This document shows positions 15,322 to 23,961 of a stretch of 64,000 bases of DNA, piece after piece. This DNA is from Actinomycetes bacterium (GTDB taxonomy: Bacteria > Actinomycetota > Actinomycetes > Actinomycetales > Microbacteriaceae), in contig JAEZHW010000063.1 of the NCBI GenBank assembly GCA_023436775.1, positions 3,710 to 67,709 of the forward strand, read 5' to 3'. Every line of letters starts with the position of its first letter. The first letter of the stretch is position 1. The notes below the pieces were generated by a model, which was not told the DNA's origin, searched no databases, and worked only from the letters and a program-made list of their open reading frames with translations. The translations under genes were made by a program, and so were the position numbers.

Positions 15322-16281
15322 CTAGAACAGCAGCGAGGTGAGGCGACGACGAGCCTTGATGACCTCGGGGTCCTCGGCACCGACGACCTCAAAGAGTTCC
15401 AGCAGGCGGGTGCGCACCGTGGTCTTGTCCGGCTCGTCCAGGGTCGGGAACATGGTCAAGAGCCGGTCAAAGGCGTCGAAGAAGTGGCCGCCAGAGACGT
15501 CCAAGTCAGCCACGTCGAGCTGGGCCTGCACATCTCGGGGTGCCGCGGCGGCAGCATCACGGATAGCCGCCATCGACTTGCCCTGCAGACGACGCAGTAG
15601 CGAGACCTGGGCCAGTCCCGCTTTCGCCATCGCATCGGCCGGTTGTTCGGCCAGGGCGCGCTTGTACGCGTCAATTGCAGCGTCATAGTCACGGCGCTCG
15701 ATGGCGTCGTAGGCCTCCTGGTGCAGCGGCGGCAGCGGCGGCTCCGCCGGTTCCGCGGCCGCGTCACCCTCACCCTCCGGAACGGCGATGCCGTTCAGGC
15801 CCTGCTGCTGCGCAATCGCCAGCAACTCGTCGAAGACCTCGGTGAGCTGCTGCGGCGCGATGGCTCCCGAGAACAGCCCCATCGGACGGCCACCGATCAG
15901 TGCCAGCACGGTCGGCACCGCAGAGACGCGGAGAGCGGCGACGAGGTCGCGGCTGGTCGCCACGTCAATCCGCCCCAGGAGCAGGCGACCACCGCGGTTG
16001 CGGATCTCCTGCTCGAGCACCGGGCTCAACTGCTCCGACTCCGGCACCCCGGCCTGGAAGACTTCGAGAATCACTGGCAGCACGGTCGAAACCTGCGCCA
16101 CTTGCTCCAGGCGGGCCTCGTCGACGGACAGCACGAGGCTCGGCACGCGCACGCGGGTTCCCTCGGGCGCGCGCGGGTCCTCACCCGGGACGGTGGGCGG
16201 GGTCGGCTGGTTCGCGGCAGCGGCTCGTCGCGCCCCCGGCAGGTTGGAGAAATCCATCACACCACCACTGGGCAACGCCAC
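15322..16281 (-). CDS. thioredoxin-fold plus TPR protein (YbbN/CnoX-like co-chaperone), no CxxC
   Basis: 319-aa ORF with an N-terminal Trx-like fold that lacks any Cys (VLPVILEVFQAGVPESEQLSPVLEQ) and a C-terminal TPR-like helical region. The GTG at 16281 overlaps the upstream stop by 1 nt; an alternative ATG is at 16257. Confidence 0.8.
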   Translation of the reverse strand: MALPSGGVMDFSNLPGARRAAAANQPTPPTVPGEDPRAPEGTRVRVPSLVLSVDEARLEQVAQVSTVLPVILEVFQAGVPESEQLSPVLEQEIRNRGGRLLLGRIDVATSRDLVAALRVSAVPTVLALIGGRPMGLFSGAIAPQQLTEVFDELLAIAQQQGLNGIAVPEGEGDAAAEPAEPPLPPLHQEAYDAIERRDYDAAIDAYKRALAEQPADAMAKAGLAQVSLLRRLQGKSMAAIRDAAAAAPRDVQAQLDVADLDVSGGHFFDAFDRLLTMFPTLDEPDKTTVRTRLLELFEVVGAEDPEVIKARRRLTSLLF

Positions 16282-18020
16282 TAGCGAACCTCCTTTGCCG
16301 ACACAATCTGCTGCTGATAGCCGAGGAGGCGAATCTGACCGGCATCGCCATCCACGGGAACGTAGAACAACAACTGAATACCGTAGCCGACCGTGATGCC
16401 GCGCATCGTCGAGGCCTTGCCAAGCAGATGCCGGGACTCACCCGAGACCGCGACTTCCTGATACTGCCCGCGCGGACGCACCGTCTCAGTGTCGATGAAG
16501 TATCCGGCCACCAAGGCACCGGAGTCAGCGGTTGAGAACGCCAGCGGCTCGTACTTGTCCAATTCAGTACCGAAGCTGACGCGGGCGTTGGCCTGCAACT
16601 TGCGCTTCCGGTCAGCCTTGAACTTCGCACCGATCTGGTCCGGCAGCGAGTCCTCGAGGATCTCGAAGTTGTCGTAGTGCTCCGCCTTCTCGCCGTCCAA
16701 CAACAACTTCGCGTAGGCATTCACCGTCTGCTTCGGGGTCAGCAGCAGCAGGTCCAAGTCCGCAGCCAGGCGAGGCGCACCAACCGTGGGCGCGGCGACC
16801 GCTGGCAGCGACTGCACCAGGTCGAGGTCGTAGACCAAGCGGTACGGCTCGCGAGGGCTGGCCTGTTCCAACACCAGCAGCACCTGACGGTTGCCCTCTT
16901 CTGCCTCCTCGACGACCACGGCCATCGCCGTGCGCGGCCAGTTCAGCGTTGCCTCGGGCAGGACAAACTGCGGCGGTCCCGCCGGGATCTGCGGCAAGGG
17001 GTCAATCGAGGAGCGGCGGGAACGAATGGTGTAGTTCGCCACTCGGGCGTCGTAGCTGGCGCCCTTAGCCCGGGTCGCCAGCAGGTCCTGGTCCGCCTCC
17101 GCGTCGGCCTCATCAATGACGGTCTTCACGCGAGCGAGGATGCGGTTCAGTTGCGCTTCCGTGACGGCGACGTTCGAGACTGGCTCGGGATCGACGGTGG
17201 GTTCCGGCGAGGGGGTGGGCTGCGTCGCCGGGGTGCAGCCCGCCAGCAGCGCGGGAACCAGTGCGATACCGACCAGGGCACCGCCGAAGGAACGTCCCGC
17301 GGCACGGCGACCCTTCTGCGGAGCTGCGATACCTGCGCGGCTGGGCTTATACGCCTTGCTCGCGCTGATCGGCTTCGGCGGCTTCGGCGCGCGGCTGGAC
17401 TTCCGGCGCGGACCGCGCTGACGACGCCACTGAATCAAGCCAGAGATGTAGGCGATGAAGCCGAGGGCCGCAAGCACGGCGCCGGCCAGGATCAATGGAC
17501 CGGCATAGGGCGTGCTGTTGTCACGCGGCCACTGCAAGGTCAGTTCCGCCGCAATCGGCTTCGTCCCATCGATCGCGACGAGCAGCGCGGTGTCCGAGGA
17601 CAGCGTGAAGGAAGCACGCAGGTCATCCTCGGTGTCTTGAATGAACTCGTCCAGCCACAAGTCGCTGCCCGCCGGGTTCGGGGCGACGGCCTCACTGCCC
17701 TGGATCAGGCTCTGGGTGAGTTCACCAGCCTCGTTGCGACTGATGTGCGTGTAGGTGGTGTCGCCGATCCATGCCTCGACATCGGCCGCGCGACCATAGG
17801 CCACCAACTTGCTGTCAGCACCGGCGAGGCGCATGGACTGCTTGCCCGGATACCCAGTCAAGGCACTGCCGGTGACCATCGCCAGCGGGGTGTCCTGAAT
17901 CTGCACCGACTCGGTGTAGGTGTCCGGTCCGAGCCAGACGGTGCGCTGGGCGATTCCCAGGCTCAATGAGATTGCAGACAGGAAGAAGCACACAATGGCG
18001 ATCACGAAACGCAACGTCAT
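16281..18020 (-). CDS. membrane protein of unknown function with an internal lipoprotein-type signal peptide
   Basis: 579 aa from the ATG at 18020, preceded by GGAGGA. Has TM1, TM2, a basic linker, then KGRRAAGRSFGGALVGIALVPALLAGC. I recognise no family for the C-terminal 300 aa. Confidence 0.7.
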   Translation of the reverse strand: MTLRFVIAIVCFFLSAISLSLGIAQRTVWLGPDTYTESVQIQDTPLAMVTGSALTGYPGKQSMRLAGADSKLVAYGRAADVEAWIGDTTYTHISRNEAGELTQSLIQGSEAVAPNPAGSDLWLDEFIQDTEDDLRASFTLSSDTALLVAIDGTKPIAAELTLQWPRDNSTPYAGPLILAGAVLAALGFIAYISGLIQWRRQRGPRRKSSRAPKPPKPISASKAYKPSRAGIAAPQKGRRAAGRSFGGALVGIALVPALLAGCTPATQPTPSPEPTVDPEPVSNVAVTEAQLNRILARVKTVIDEADAEADQDLLATRAKGASYDARVANYTIRSRRSSIDPLPQIPAGPPQFVLPEATLNWPRTAMAVVVEEAEEGNRQVLLVLEQASPREPYRLVYDLDLVQSLPAVAAPTVGAPRLAADLDLLLLTPKQTVNAYAKLLLDGEKAEHYDNFEILEDSLPDQIGAKFKADRKRKLQANARVSFGTELDKYEPLAFSTADSGALVAGYFIDTETVRPRGQYQEVAVSGESRHLLGKASTMRGITVGYGIQLLFYVPVDGDAGQIRLLGYQQQIVSAKEVR

Positions 18021-18149
18021 TCCTCCTGTTCCGACAGTGCAGCCTATCGAAGATGCAGCCCCACTTCCTCTCTGTTGGCTGAACACCGCCCGAATGCTGG
18101 CAGGTATTGATGTGCCCTGCCGACTGGCCCTTGGCCAGGTGTAGTGCCC

Positions 18150-18155
18150 TAGAAT
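18150..18155 (+). promoter_or_regulatory. -10 hexamer TAGAAT upstream of the DivIVA-domain gene
   Basis: Consensus-like TAGAAT 56 nt before the ATG at 18212. The leader contains a GTGTGC-actca-GCACAC hairpin and an AGGAGGA SD. Confidence 0.4.
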
Positions 18156-18211
18156 CGGAGGGTTCCACGCGTGTGCACTCAGCACACCAACGAGCCAGGA
18201 GGATCCACGCG

Positions 18212-19432
18212 ATGGCAGACGACTGGGAGTTCCCGCAAGCGTTCCGCGGCTATGACAAGGACGCCGTGGACAAGGCCCTGCAGGAACTGCGCCGTGAAGT
18301 CATTCAGGCCAACGCGCAGGCCGCCGAGGCGACCAAGGAAGTCGGTCGACTCACCGCGGAACTGAACGAGCTGCGCAGCGAACTCGAAGAGTCGTCCCTG
18401 CCGAGCTACGCGGGCCTCGGTCGCAAGCTCGAACTCGTGCTGCGCAATGCGGAAGAAGAATCCACCCGTCTCATCGGCGAGACCGAACTGCGCGCCAACC
18501 GCACCCGTACCGAGGTCATCGCAGAAGCGCAGCGCACGCTCGAAGAGGCTCAGGCCAACGCCGAACAACTCGTGCAGACGGCGCAGGAAGAGGCGGACGA
18601 GCACCGTGCGGCCGCTCGGGCCGAGGCGGAAGCAATCATCGCCCGCGCCCGTGAAGAAGCCGAGGCACTCACCCAGGAAGCCGTCCGCGAGGCTGCCGCC
18701 ATCCGCGGCGCCGTCGCCACCGAGGCCGCCGAGGCACGAGCCACGGCCAAGCGCGAAGCGGCCGCCGCCATCGCCGACGCCGAGCGTGAGGCCGCCGAGC
18801 TGCGTCTGGTCGCCCACAACGAACTGGAAGCCGTCCGCGCCGAGAAGGCTGCGATCGCCAGCCAAATCGAGCAGGCCCGGATTGACCTCGAGGTGGAACT
18901 GACCGCTCGTCGCGCTGAGGCCGAGCAAGAGTTCCTCGCCCGCCACCAGGAAGCCGTCGCCCAGACGCAGAAGTACTTGGACGAGGCCAACGCTCGCCTG
19001 GCAGAAGCCACCCGCCGCGCCGCTGACAAGAGCCTCGAGGCCGACACGGTCGAGGCGGCCGCGAAGGTCAAGGCCAAGGAACTGGTCGAGGCCGCTGAGG
19101 CACAGGCTCGCGAAATCCTCGCCGAGTCGCAGGCCAAGTCGCGCAGCCTGATCGTGAACGCCAAGGAAGAAACCGCCGCCGTGCTGCGCGCCGCCGAAGA
19201 GCGTCTGCGCCGCATCCAGGTGGAGCGTGACGCCGTGGCTGGCTACTTCGAGAGCCTGCGCGAGGTCATCGAGCACGCCGAGAAGGTGCAGGCCGCCGGT
19301 GACCGTCGCGTGCCGCGCAAGGCAAAGGCCGCTACCGCAACCACGGCCGACTCCGCCACTGCGGCAGCAGAGACCGTCGCTGAGACCGGCGTGGCCAGTA
19401 TCGTCGAAGTCCCCGACGGCGACGGCGACTAG
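18212..19432 (+). CDS. DivIVA-domain coiled-coil protein
   Basis: 406 aa. The N terminus carries a DivIVA motif (FRGYDKDAVDKALQELRREV), followed by a long Ala/Glu/Arg-rich coiled coil. Start has an AGGAGGA SD. Confidence 0.75.
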   Translation: MADDWEFPQAFRGYDKDAVDKALQELRREVIQANAQAAEATKEVGRLTAELNELRSELEESSLPSYAGLGRKLELVLRNAEEESTRLIGETELRANRTRTEVIAEAQRTLEEAQANAEQLVQTAQEEADEHRAAARAEAEAIIARAREEAEALTQEAVREAAAIRGAVATEAAEARATAKREAAAAIADAEREAAELRLVAHNELEAVRAEKAAIASQIEQARIDLEVELTARRAEAEQEFLARHQEAVAQTQKYLDEANARLAEATRRAADKSLEADTVEAAAKVKAKELVEAAEAQAREILAESQAKSRSLIVNAKEETAAVLRAAEERLRRIQVERDAVAGYFESLREVIEHAEKVQAAGDRRVPRKAKAATATTADSATAAAETVAETGVASIVEVPDGDGD

Positions 19433-19473
19433 AACACTGCTGCCGATTCCACGGATTCCGGCGAGCCCCCGGG

Positions 19474-19479
19474 TACGCT
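19474..19479 (+). promoter_or_regulatory. -10 hexamer TACGCT, 7 nt before the AI-2E transporter ATG (leaderless geometry)
   Basis: TANNNT, no SD, ATG at 19487. Confidence 0.4.
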
Positions 19480-19486
19480 GGGCCGC

Positions 19487-20536
19487 ATGAAGATTGCGAA
19501 TCCGTTCCGGCTGGCCTTGATTGCCACGCTCGGCGTTGGTGTCGGTCTGCTGATCTGGGGTGCCGTTGGCAGCCTCACCACGATCCTGACCTATATCGGT
19601 GCCGCGCTCTTCATCGCGCTCGGCATTGACCCGCTGATCAAGTTGTTGGAACGCCGCGGCATGCCGCGCGGACTCGCCCTGGGCATCGTGGTGCTGCTGG
19701 CCATCGGCGTGCTCACCGGCGTCATCCTCGCCATTGTGCCGATCGTCGCCACCCAGGCGGGTGCCTATATTGAACGCACCATCCAGTTCTTCTCGGAAGG
19801 CGGCTGGGATCGGTTCATCGCGGACCTGCAGGGCAACCTCCCTGAGTGGATTGACCTCAGCGGCGTTGCCGCCCAGGTCGCCGACTTCTTCAGCAACAAC
19901 ATCGGCGGTGTCGCCGGCGGTGTGGTCAACGTTGGTCTCGGTATCGCCAACGGACTCTTCGGCGGCTTGATCATTCTGATCTTGACGCTGTACTTCACCG
20001 TCTCGCTCGACTCCATCAAGCGCACGATGTACCGCTTCGTGCCGGCCAGCAAGCGCGAGCGCTTCGCGGAACTCAGCGAGGAGATCAGCCAGTCGGTGGG
20101 TCGCTATGTGATCGGCCAGGCCACCGTCGCCCTGATCAATGCCGTCTTCAGCTTCATCGTGCTCACCGTCGTGGGCGCGCCGTTCCCCGCCGTACTCGCC
20201 TTCCTGGCCTTCCTCCTGGCAATGATCCCGCTGGTCGGTTCGCTGGCAAGTGCGACGATCATCACGTTGTCGTACCTGCTGCTCGGCCAGAACACGTGGC
20301 TGCCCTGGTGGGCGCTGGCGATCATCTTCGTGGTCTACATGCAGATCGAGGCGAACATCATCTCGCCGCGCGTGATGAACCGTGCTGTGTCGGTGCCAGC
20401 ACCGATCGTCGTGATCGCGGCCCTCGTCGGTGGCACGCTGCTCGGCCTGTTGGGCGCACTGATTGCGATCCCGGTCGCCGCATCGATCATGCTGATTATG
20501 CGCGAGGTGGTCATTCCGAAGCAGGACGCGAAGTAG
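19487..20536 (+). CDS. AI-2E family (PerM/UPF0118) transporter
   Basis: 349-aa polytopic membrane protein with typical AI-2E features (ALFIALGIDPLIKLLERRGMPRGLA; C-terminal IAIPVAASIMLIMRE). Confidence 0.85.
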   Translation: MKIANPFRLALIATLGVGVGLLIWGAVGSLTTILTYIGAALFIALGIDPLIKLLERRGMPRGLALGIVVLLAIGVLTGVILAIVPIVATQAGAYIERTIQFFSEGGWDRFIADLQGNLPEWIDLSGVAAQVADFFSNNIGGVAGGVVNVGLGIANGLFGGLIILILTLYFTVSLDSIKRTMYRFVPASKRERFAELSEEISQSVGRYVIGQATVALINAVFSFIVLTVVGAPFPAVLAFLAFLLAMIPLVGSLASATIITLSYLLLGQNTWLPWWALAIIFVVYMQIEANIISPRVMNRAVSVPAPIVVIAALVGGTLLGLLGALIAIPVAASIMLIMREVVIPKQDAK

Positions 20537-20556
20537 CGAACCAGCCAAACACCGCT

Positions 20557-20585
20557 GCAGGCGCGTCCCACTGGGGCGCGCCTGC
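20557..20585. terminator. bidirectional hairpin between the AI-2E transporter and the alpha/beta hydrolase
   Basis: GCAGGCGCGTCCC-act-GGGGCGCGCCTGC, a 13-bp stem with one G-U pair, between convergent stops. Confidence 0.5.
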
Positions 20586-20628
20586 CGTCGTGTGATGGCC
20601 GTCTCATACGAGCGGGGCGACCACTGAG

Positions 20629-21378
20629 CTATTCGGCGGGCTGCTCCGGCAACGCACCAACCCACTCGGTGGGTAGCGGTGCCGCGGCCGGGTTTACCCT
20701 CGCCACGATCTCGTTGAGCACACGCCGGGTCGAGGTCTCCCCCACCCAGAGGTGACGGGCGCCATCCACCGGGACAAGGTCGACCTCGGGCACGATCGCG
20801 AATTTGACCGCCGCCTCGGCCGGCTGCAGGAAGTCGTCGTGCTCCGGGATGAGTGCAGTCAGCGGCACCCCGGACCCCGCCCAGCGCGCGAGTTCTTCCG
20901 GGGTGGTGCGACGCAACGGGGGCGACAGCAAGATGGCGCCGCTGATCGGATGATCGAGGCCGTACTTCAGCGTCAATTCCGTACCGAAGGACCAACCCAC
21001 CAGCCACGGGCTCGGCAGGCCGCGCTCAGCAACGAAGGCCATCGCCGCCGCCACATCCGCGCGCTCGGTCACCCCATCACCGAAGCTGCCGTCACTGGTG
21101 CCGCGTGGCGAGGTGACGCCACGCAAGTTGAAGCGCAGCACAGCGATATTCGCCAGCGCTGGCAGACGCGCGGCGGACTTGCGGATGATGTGGGAGTCCA
21201 TGAATCCGCCATGGGTCGGCAGCGGGTGCAGCGTGACCAGGGTCGCGACCGGGGCGCCGGACTCGGGCAGCGCGAGCTCGCCGACCAGGGTGAGTCCGTC
21301 CTCGGTGTATAGAGTGATGTCTTCGCGGCGGGCGGGCAACACCAGGCCACCACGGATCTCGACGGGCTGATCGTTCAT
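20629..21378 (-). CDS. alpha/beta hydrolase
   Basis: 249-aa ORF with a nucleophile-elbow-like GWSFG. The ATG overlaps the stop of the upstream small gene (ATGA). Confidence 0.8.
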   Translation of the reverse strand: MNDQPVEIRGGLVLPARREDITLYTEDGLTLVGELALPESGAPVATLVTLHPLPTHGGFMDSHIIRKSAARLPALANIAVLRFNLRGVTSPRGTSDGSFGDGVTERADVAAAMAFVAERGLPSPWLVGWSFGTELTLKYGLDHPISGAILLSPPLRRTTPEELARWAGSGVPLTALIPEHDDFLQPAEAAVKFAIVPEVDLVPVDGARHLWVGETSTRRVLNEIVARVNPAAAPLPTEWVGALPEQPAE

Positions 21379-21686
21379 GGTTTCATCCTCCAGCAGTGGG
21401 AATGCCAGTGGCGGCGGTCCGCCAGCGCGTGCTCGGCTCCGAGGATGCTGTCATTGCGCCAGGCGACCACGTGGGCAGTGCCAGGGTTGATCGGCACGGT
21501 GCAGCCGGGGCACACGTAGGCCTTGACCGCACTAGTTGCGCTGATCGGCTGCACGGTCCACTCCCCGTCGCGACGGGTCTCGGTGCGCCGCCACCCGGCG
21601 CGCAACCGCTCCAGCGAGTCCTCGGCCTCGTCGCGATCACCCGGGCGCGCGCCATGGCGGCGACGGGGACGATTGCTGCGAGGCAT
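21375..21686 (-). CDS. small Cys/His-rich (putative zinc-binding) protein
   Basis: 103 aa from an internal ATG (MPRSNRPRRRHG...). Has CPGC ... HWHSHCW motifs and a basic N terminus, and is translationally coupled to the hydrolase. Confidence 0.6.
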   Translation of the reverse strand: MPRSNRPRRRHGARPGDRDEAEDSLERLRAGWRRTETRRDGEWTVQPISATSAVKAYVCPGCTVPINPGTAHVVAWRNDSILGAEHALADRRHWHSHCWRMKP

Positions 21687-21705
21687 GTCTCTAGCGTAGT
21701 TGCCG

Positions 21706-22344
21706 CTAGTACCAGCCCTTGGCCTTGCTGTGATTCCAGGCCGCACAGGGCGAGCCATAGCGCCCCTTGATGTAGCTGAGGCCCCAGCGCACCTGGGTCT
21801 TGGCATTGGTCCGCCAGTCCGCGCCAGCGCTGGCCATCTTGCTGCCCGGCAACGCCTGCGGGATCCCGTACGCGCCCGAGGACGGGTTCTGCGCCCGGTA
21901 GTTCCAGCGCGACTCCTTCATCCACAGCGAGTACAGGCAGGCGTACTCACCGCTGCCGAAGCCCATGGCCAGCAGTCGTTCCTGGGCGTAAGCCTGGGCA
22001 CTGCCCGGATCCGGGGCTGGTGCGTTCAGTCCCAGCACGACCGTGCTGGAGTTCACCACCTTGTATTCGTCACGACGCAACTTCGCCAATTCGGCGGTGT
22101 CGAGGGTCAATTCTTGCGTCAATTCCGCGTCCTTCGGCGGCAGCGGCGCCGCCTGCGTGACCACGCTGAAGGGCCCGAGGGCAGTGACCGTGAGCAGACC
22201 GCCAACGACGGTGAGGATCGTAAAGGATCGCGCCTGCTGGCTGGTGAGTACCGCGACGAGCCGATGCCGGAACGTCGGCGTCTGGTCGTGCAGGTGCGCT
22301 TTCACGGTCCCGAGTGTATCGATCAGCCCTGGGGAACTCCGCAA
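21706..22344 (-). CDS. secreted lytic transglycosylase (SLT-like domain)
   Basis: 212-aa ORF with an N-terminal TM/signal anchor. The C-terminal domain has WMKESRWN (catalytic Glu-Ser) and GAYGIPQALPGSKM. Confidence 0.75.
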   Translation of the reverse strand: MRSSPGLIDTLGTVKAHLHDQTPTFRHRLVAVLTSQQARSFTILTVVGGLLTVTALGPFSVVTQAAPLPPKDAELTQELTLDTAELAKLRRDEYKVVNSSTVVLGLNAPAPDPGSAQAYAQERLLAMGFGSGEYACLYSLWMKESRWNYRAQNPSSGAYGIPQALPGSKMASAGADWRTNAKTQVRWGLSYIKGRYGSPCAAWNHSKAKGWY

Positions 22345-22392
22345 AGCGCGCCCTGGTGGGCAGGAACGTCACGGAGGCAACGGGCCCGCAAC

Positions 22393-22941
22393 TTAGGCCG
22401 GCTTGACCGCCAGCAGCACCTCGATCACGGTGTCCAGCAGCGCGTCAACCTGGGCCGGGTCGTAGCCGTTGGTCTTGGGGCGGAAGGCTGCCGCGCGGAT
22501 GTCGCCGATCGCCAGCGGACCCTTGCCCTCAAAGTAGGCAACGATGGTGGCGGCGAATTCGTCCACGTCCTTCGGGTGGTAGCCCTCACGCAGTAGGCCG
22601 GCCCGACGGAACCGCTTCCCGTCTTCGCGACGCAGCCGACCAACGATTTCCAGCGCGTCGGCGCGGGCCTGCGAAAGCACCGCGTCGCGACCTTGCTCCG
22701 CGATTCGCGCAGCACGTTCCCGGGCCGCAAAGGCTTCCTCAAGTCGTTCCAGCGCGGCGTCCACGTCGGCGATGCGGTAGCCGCCCTTGGCGAAATCAAA
22801 GGCAGCCTCACGCAGTTGCTTCGAGCCGAAGTTGGCCGCGTTGCCCTCATAGGCCGCACGCGCGGTCGCCAAGAACTCGTCGACCTGCTCGCGACGGTAG
22901 CCGTACGACTTCTTGTCTGCCGTGGGAAAGGGTGCGCTCAC
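22393..22941 (-). CDS. DivIVA-domain protein with four tandem DivIVA N-terminal motifs
   Basis: 182 aa, GTG start. The GY-x3-VD-x2-L motif occurs four times (YGYRREQVDEFL, GGYRIADVDAAL, EGYHPKDVDEFA, NGYDPAQVDALL). Confidence 0.8.
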   Translation of the reverse strand: MSAPFPTADKKSYGYRREQVDEFLATARAAYEGNAANFGSKQLREAAFDFAKGGYRIADVDAALERLEEAFAARERAARIAEQGRDAVLSQARADALEIVGRLRREDGKRFRRAGLLREGYHPKDVDEFAATIVAYFEGKGPLAIGDIRAAAFRPKTNGYDPAQVDALLDTVIEVLLAVKPA

Positions 22942-23005
22942 GAAAACCTATTCTGCCGTATGTGGGTCACGAAGCCGCATGCTGACGCACATTCGTGACG
23001 AACTG

Positions 23006-23956
23006 TCACTGCAAGGGGAACACTGCCGCGTACAGCAGGAATGCTGCCGCACACGAGAACAGCATCGAGTCCAGGCGGTCCAGGAAGCCGCCGTGGCCGG
23101 GCAACCAGCTACTCATGTCCTTGACGCCCAGGTCACGCTTCAGCCAGGACTCGGCGAGGTCGCCGATCGTGGCAGTCAACAGCATGATGCCGCCGAGGAT
23201 CAGCCCAATCCACCAGGGCTGGCCCAGCATAAAGATAGCCAGCAGCACGCCCGCGATCGCGGCGCCCAGGACCGCTCCGGCAAAGCCTTCCCAACTCTTC
23301 TTCGGACTGATGGTGGGCGCCATCGGGTGCTTGCCGAAGTTGAGGCCGACCGCGTAGGCGGCAGTGTCGATGGCGACCACCGTAATGGCGAACGCCAGTA
23401 CCCACCATTCGCCGCCCGGCTGTTCGGCCAGCGCCACCGCAAACCCGCCCAGGAAGGGCACGTAGGCGAGCACGAAGAAGCCACCAGCCCAGTCCTGCAC
23501 CAGGCCGAGGCCGGGGCCTGCTTCTTGCTCGACCTTTGCCGCGGCCGGAACGAGGCGGGCAATGATCCGCTCAACCAGGCGCCACAGCGCCAGCACCGCG
23601 GCCCCGAGCAGCAGGGCGATCCACAGGCCATCAATCCCGAAGAACCAGCCAGCGATCGGAATCGCGAAGGCCACCGGGAAGATCGCAACCCGCGGGATTT
23701 GGTACCCCGCGCCTCGCATCGCCCAGGCCAGCTCCAGAGCACCAAAGGCGACGGCGGTAGCCAGGAAGATGGTGAACAGGAACTTGAATACCAGCAGGCT
23801 CGCCAACAGCAAGCCACCGAGCGCAAGCCCGATCAGAATCGCCATCACCAGGTCACGGCCGGTGCGGCGCACAATCGCCTCGTGGGTTTCCTCGAGTGCG
23901 TCCAGCGCCTGCCGGATTCCCTCCGGCAGACGGTCAGCGCGCGACGGGTCGGCCAC
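23006..23956 (-). CDS. cdsA: phosphatidate cytidylyltransferase
   Basis: 316-aa polytopic membrane protein with the CdsA signature (KKSWEGFAG ... DLAESWLKRDLGVKD ... PGHGGFLDRLDS). Confidence 0.9.
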   Translation of the reverse strand: MADPSRADRLPEGIRQALDALEETHEAIVRRTGRDLVMAILIGLALGGLLLASLLVFKFLFTIFLATAVAFGALELAWAMRGAGYQIPRVAIFPVAFAIPIAGWFFGIDGLWIALLLGAAVLALWRLVERIIARLVPAAAKVEQEAGPGLGLVQDWAGGFFVLAYVPFLGGFAVALAEQPGGEWWVLAFAITVVAIDTAAYAVGLNFGKHPMAPTISPKKSWEGFAGAVLGAAIAGVLLAIFMLGQPWWIGLILGGIMLLTATIGDLAESWLKRDLGVKDMSSWLPGHGGFLDRLDSMLFSCAAAFLLYAAVFPLQ

Positions 23957-23961
23957 CGCGG

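Noticed and set aside
18179-21007. 942-aa minus-strand ORF spanning the DivIVA and AI-2E genes.
   Set aside because: It is antisense to two well-supported genes and has low-complexity Arg/Gly/Asp composition. I recognise no motifs.
22345-22392. Possible c-di-AMP (ydaO-type) riboswitch upstream of the lytic transglycosylase or of the M23 peptidase (27540-27648).
   Set aside because: The transglycosylase upstream gap is only 48 nt, too short for such a riboswitch. I could not recognise the conserved ydaO helices or ACGGGGA-type elements in the M23 upstream region.
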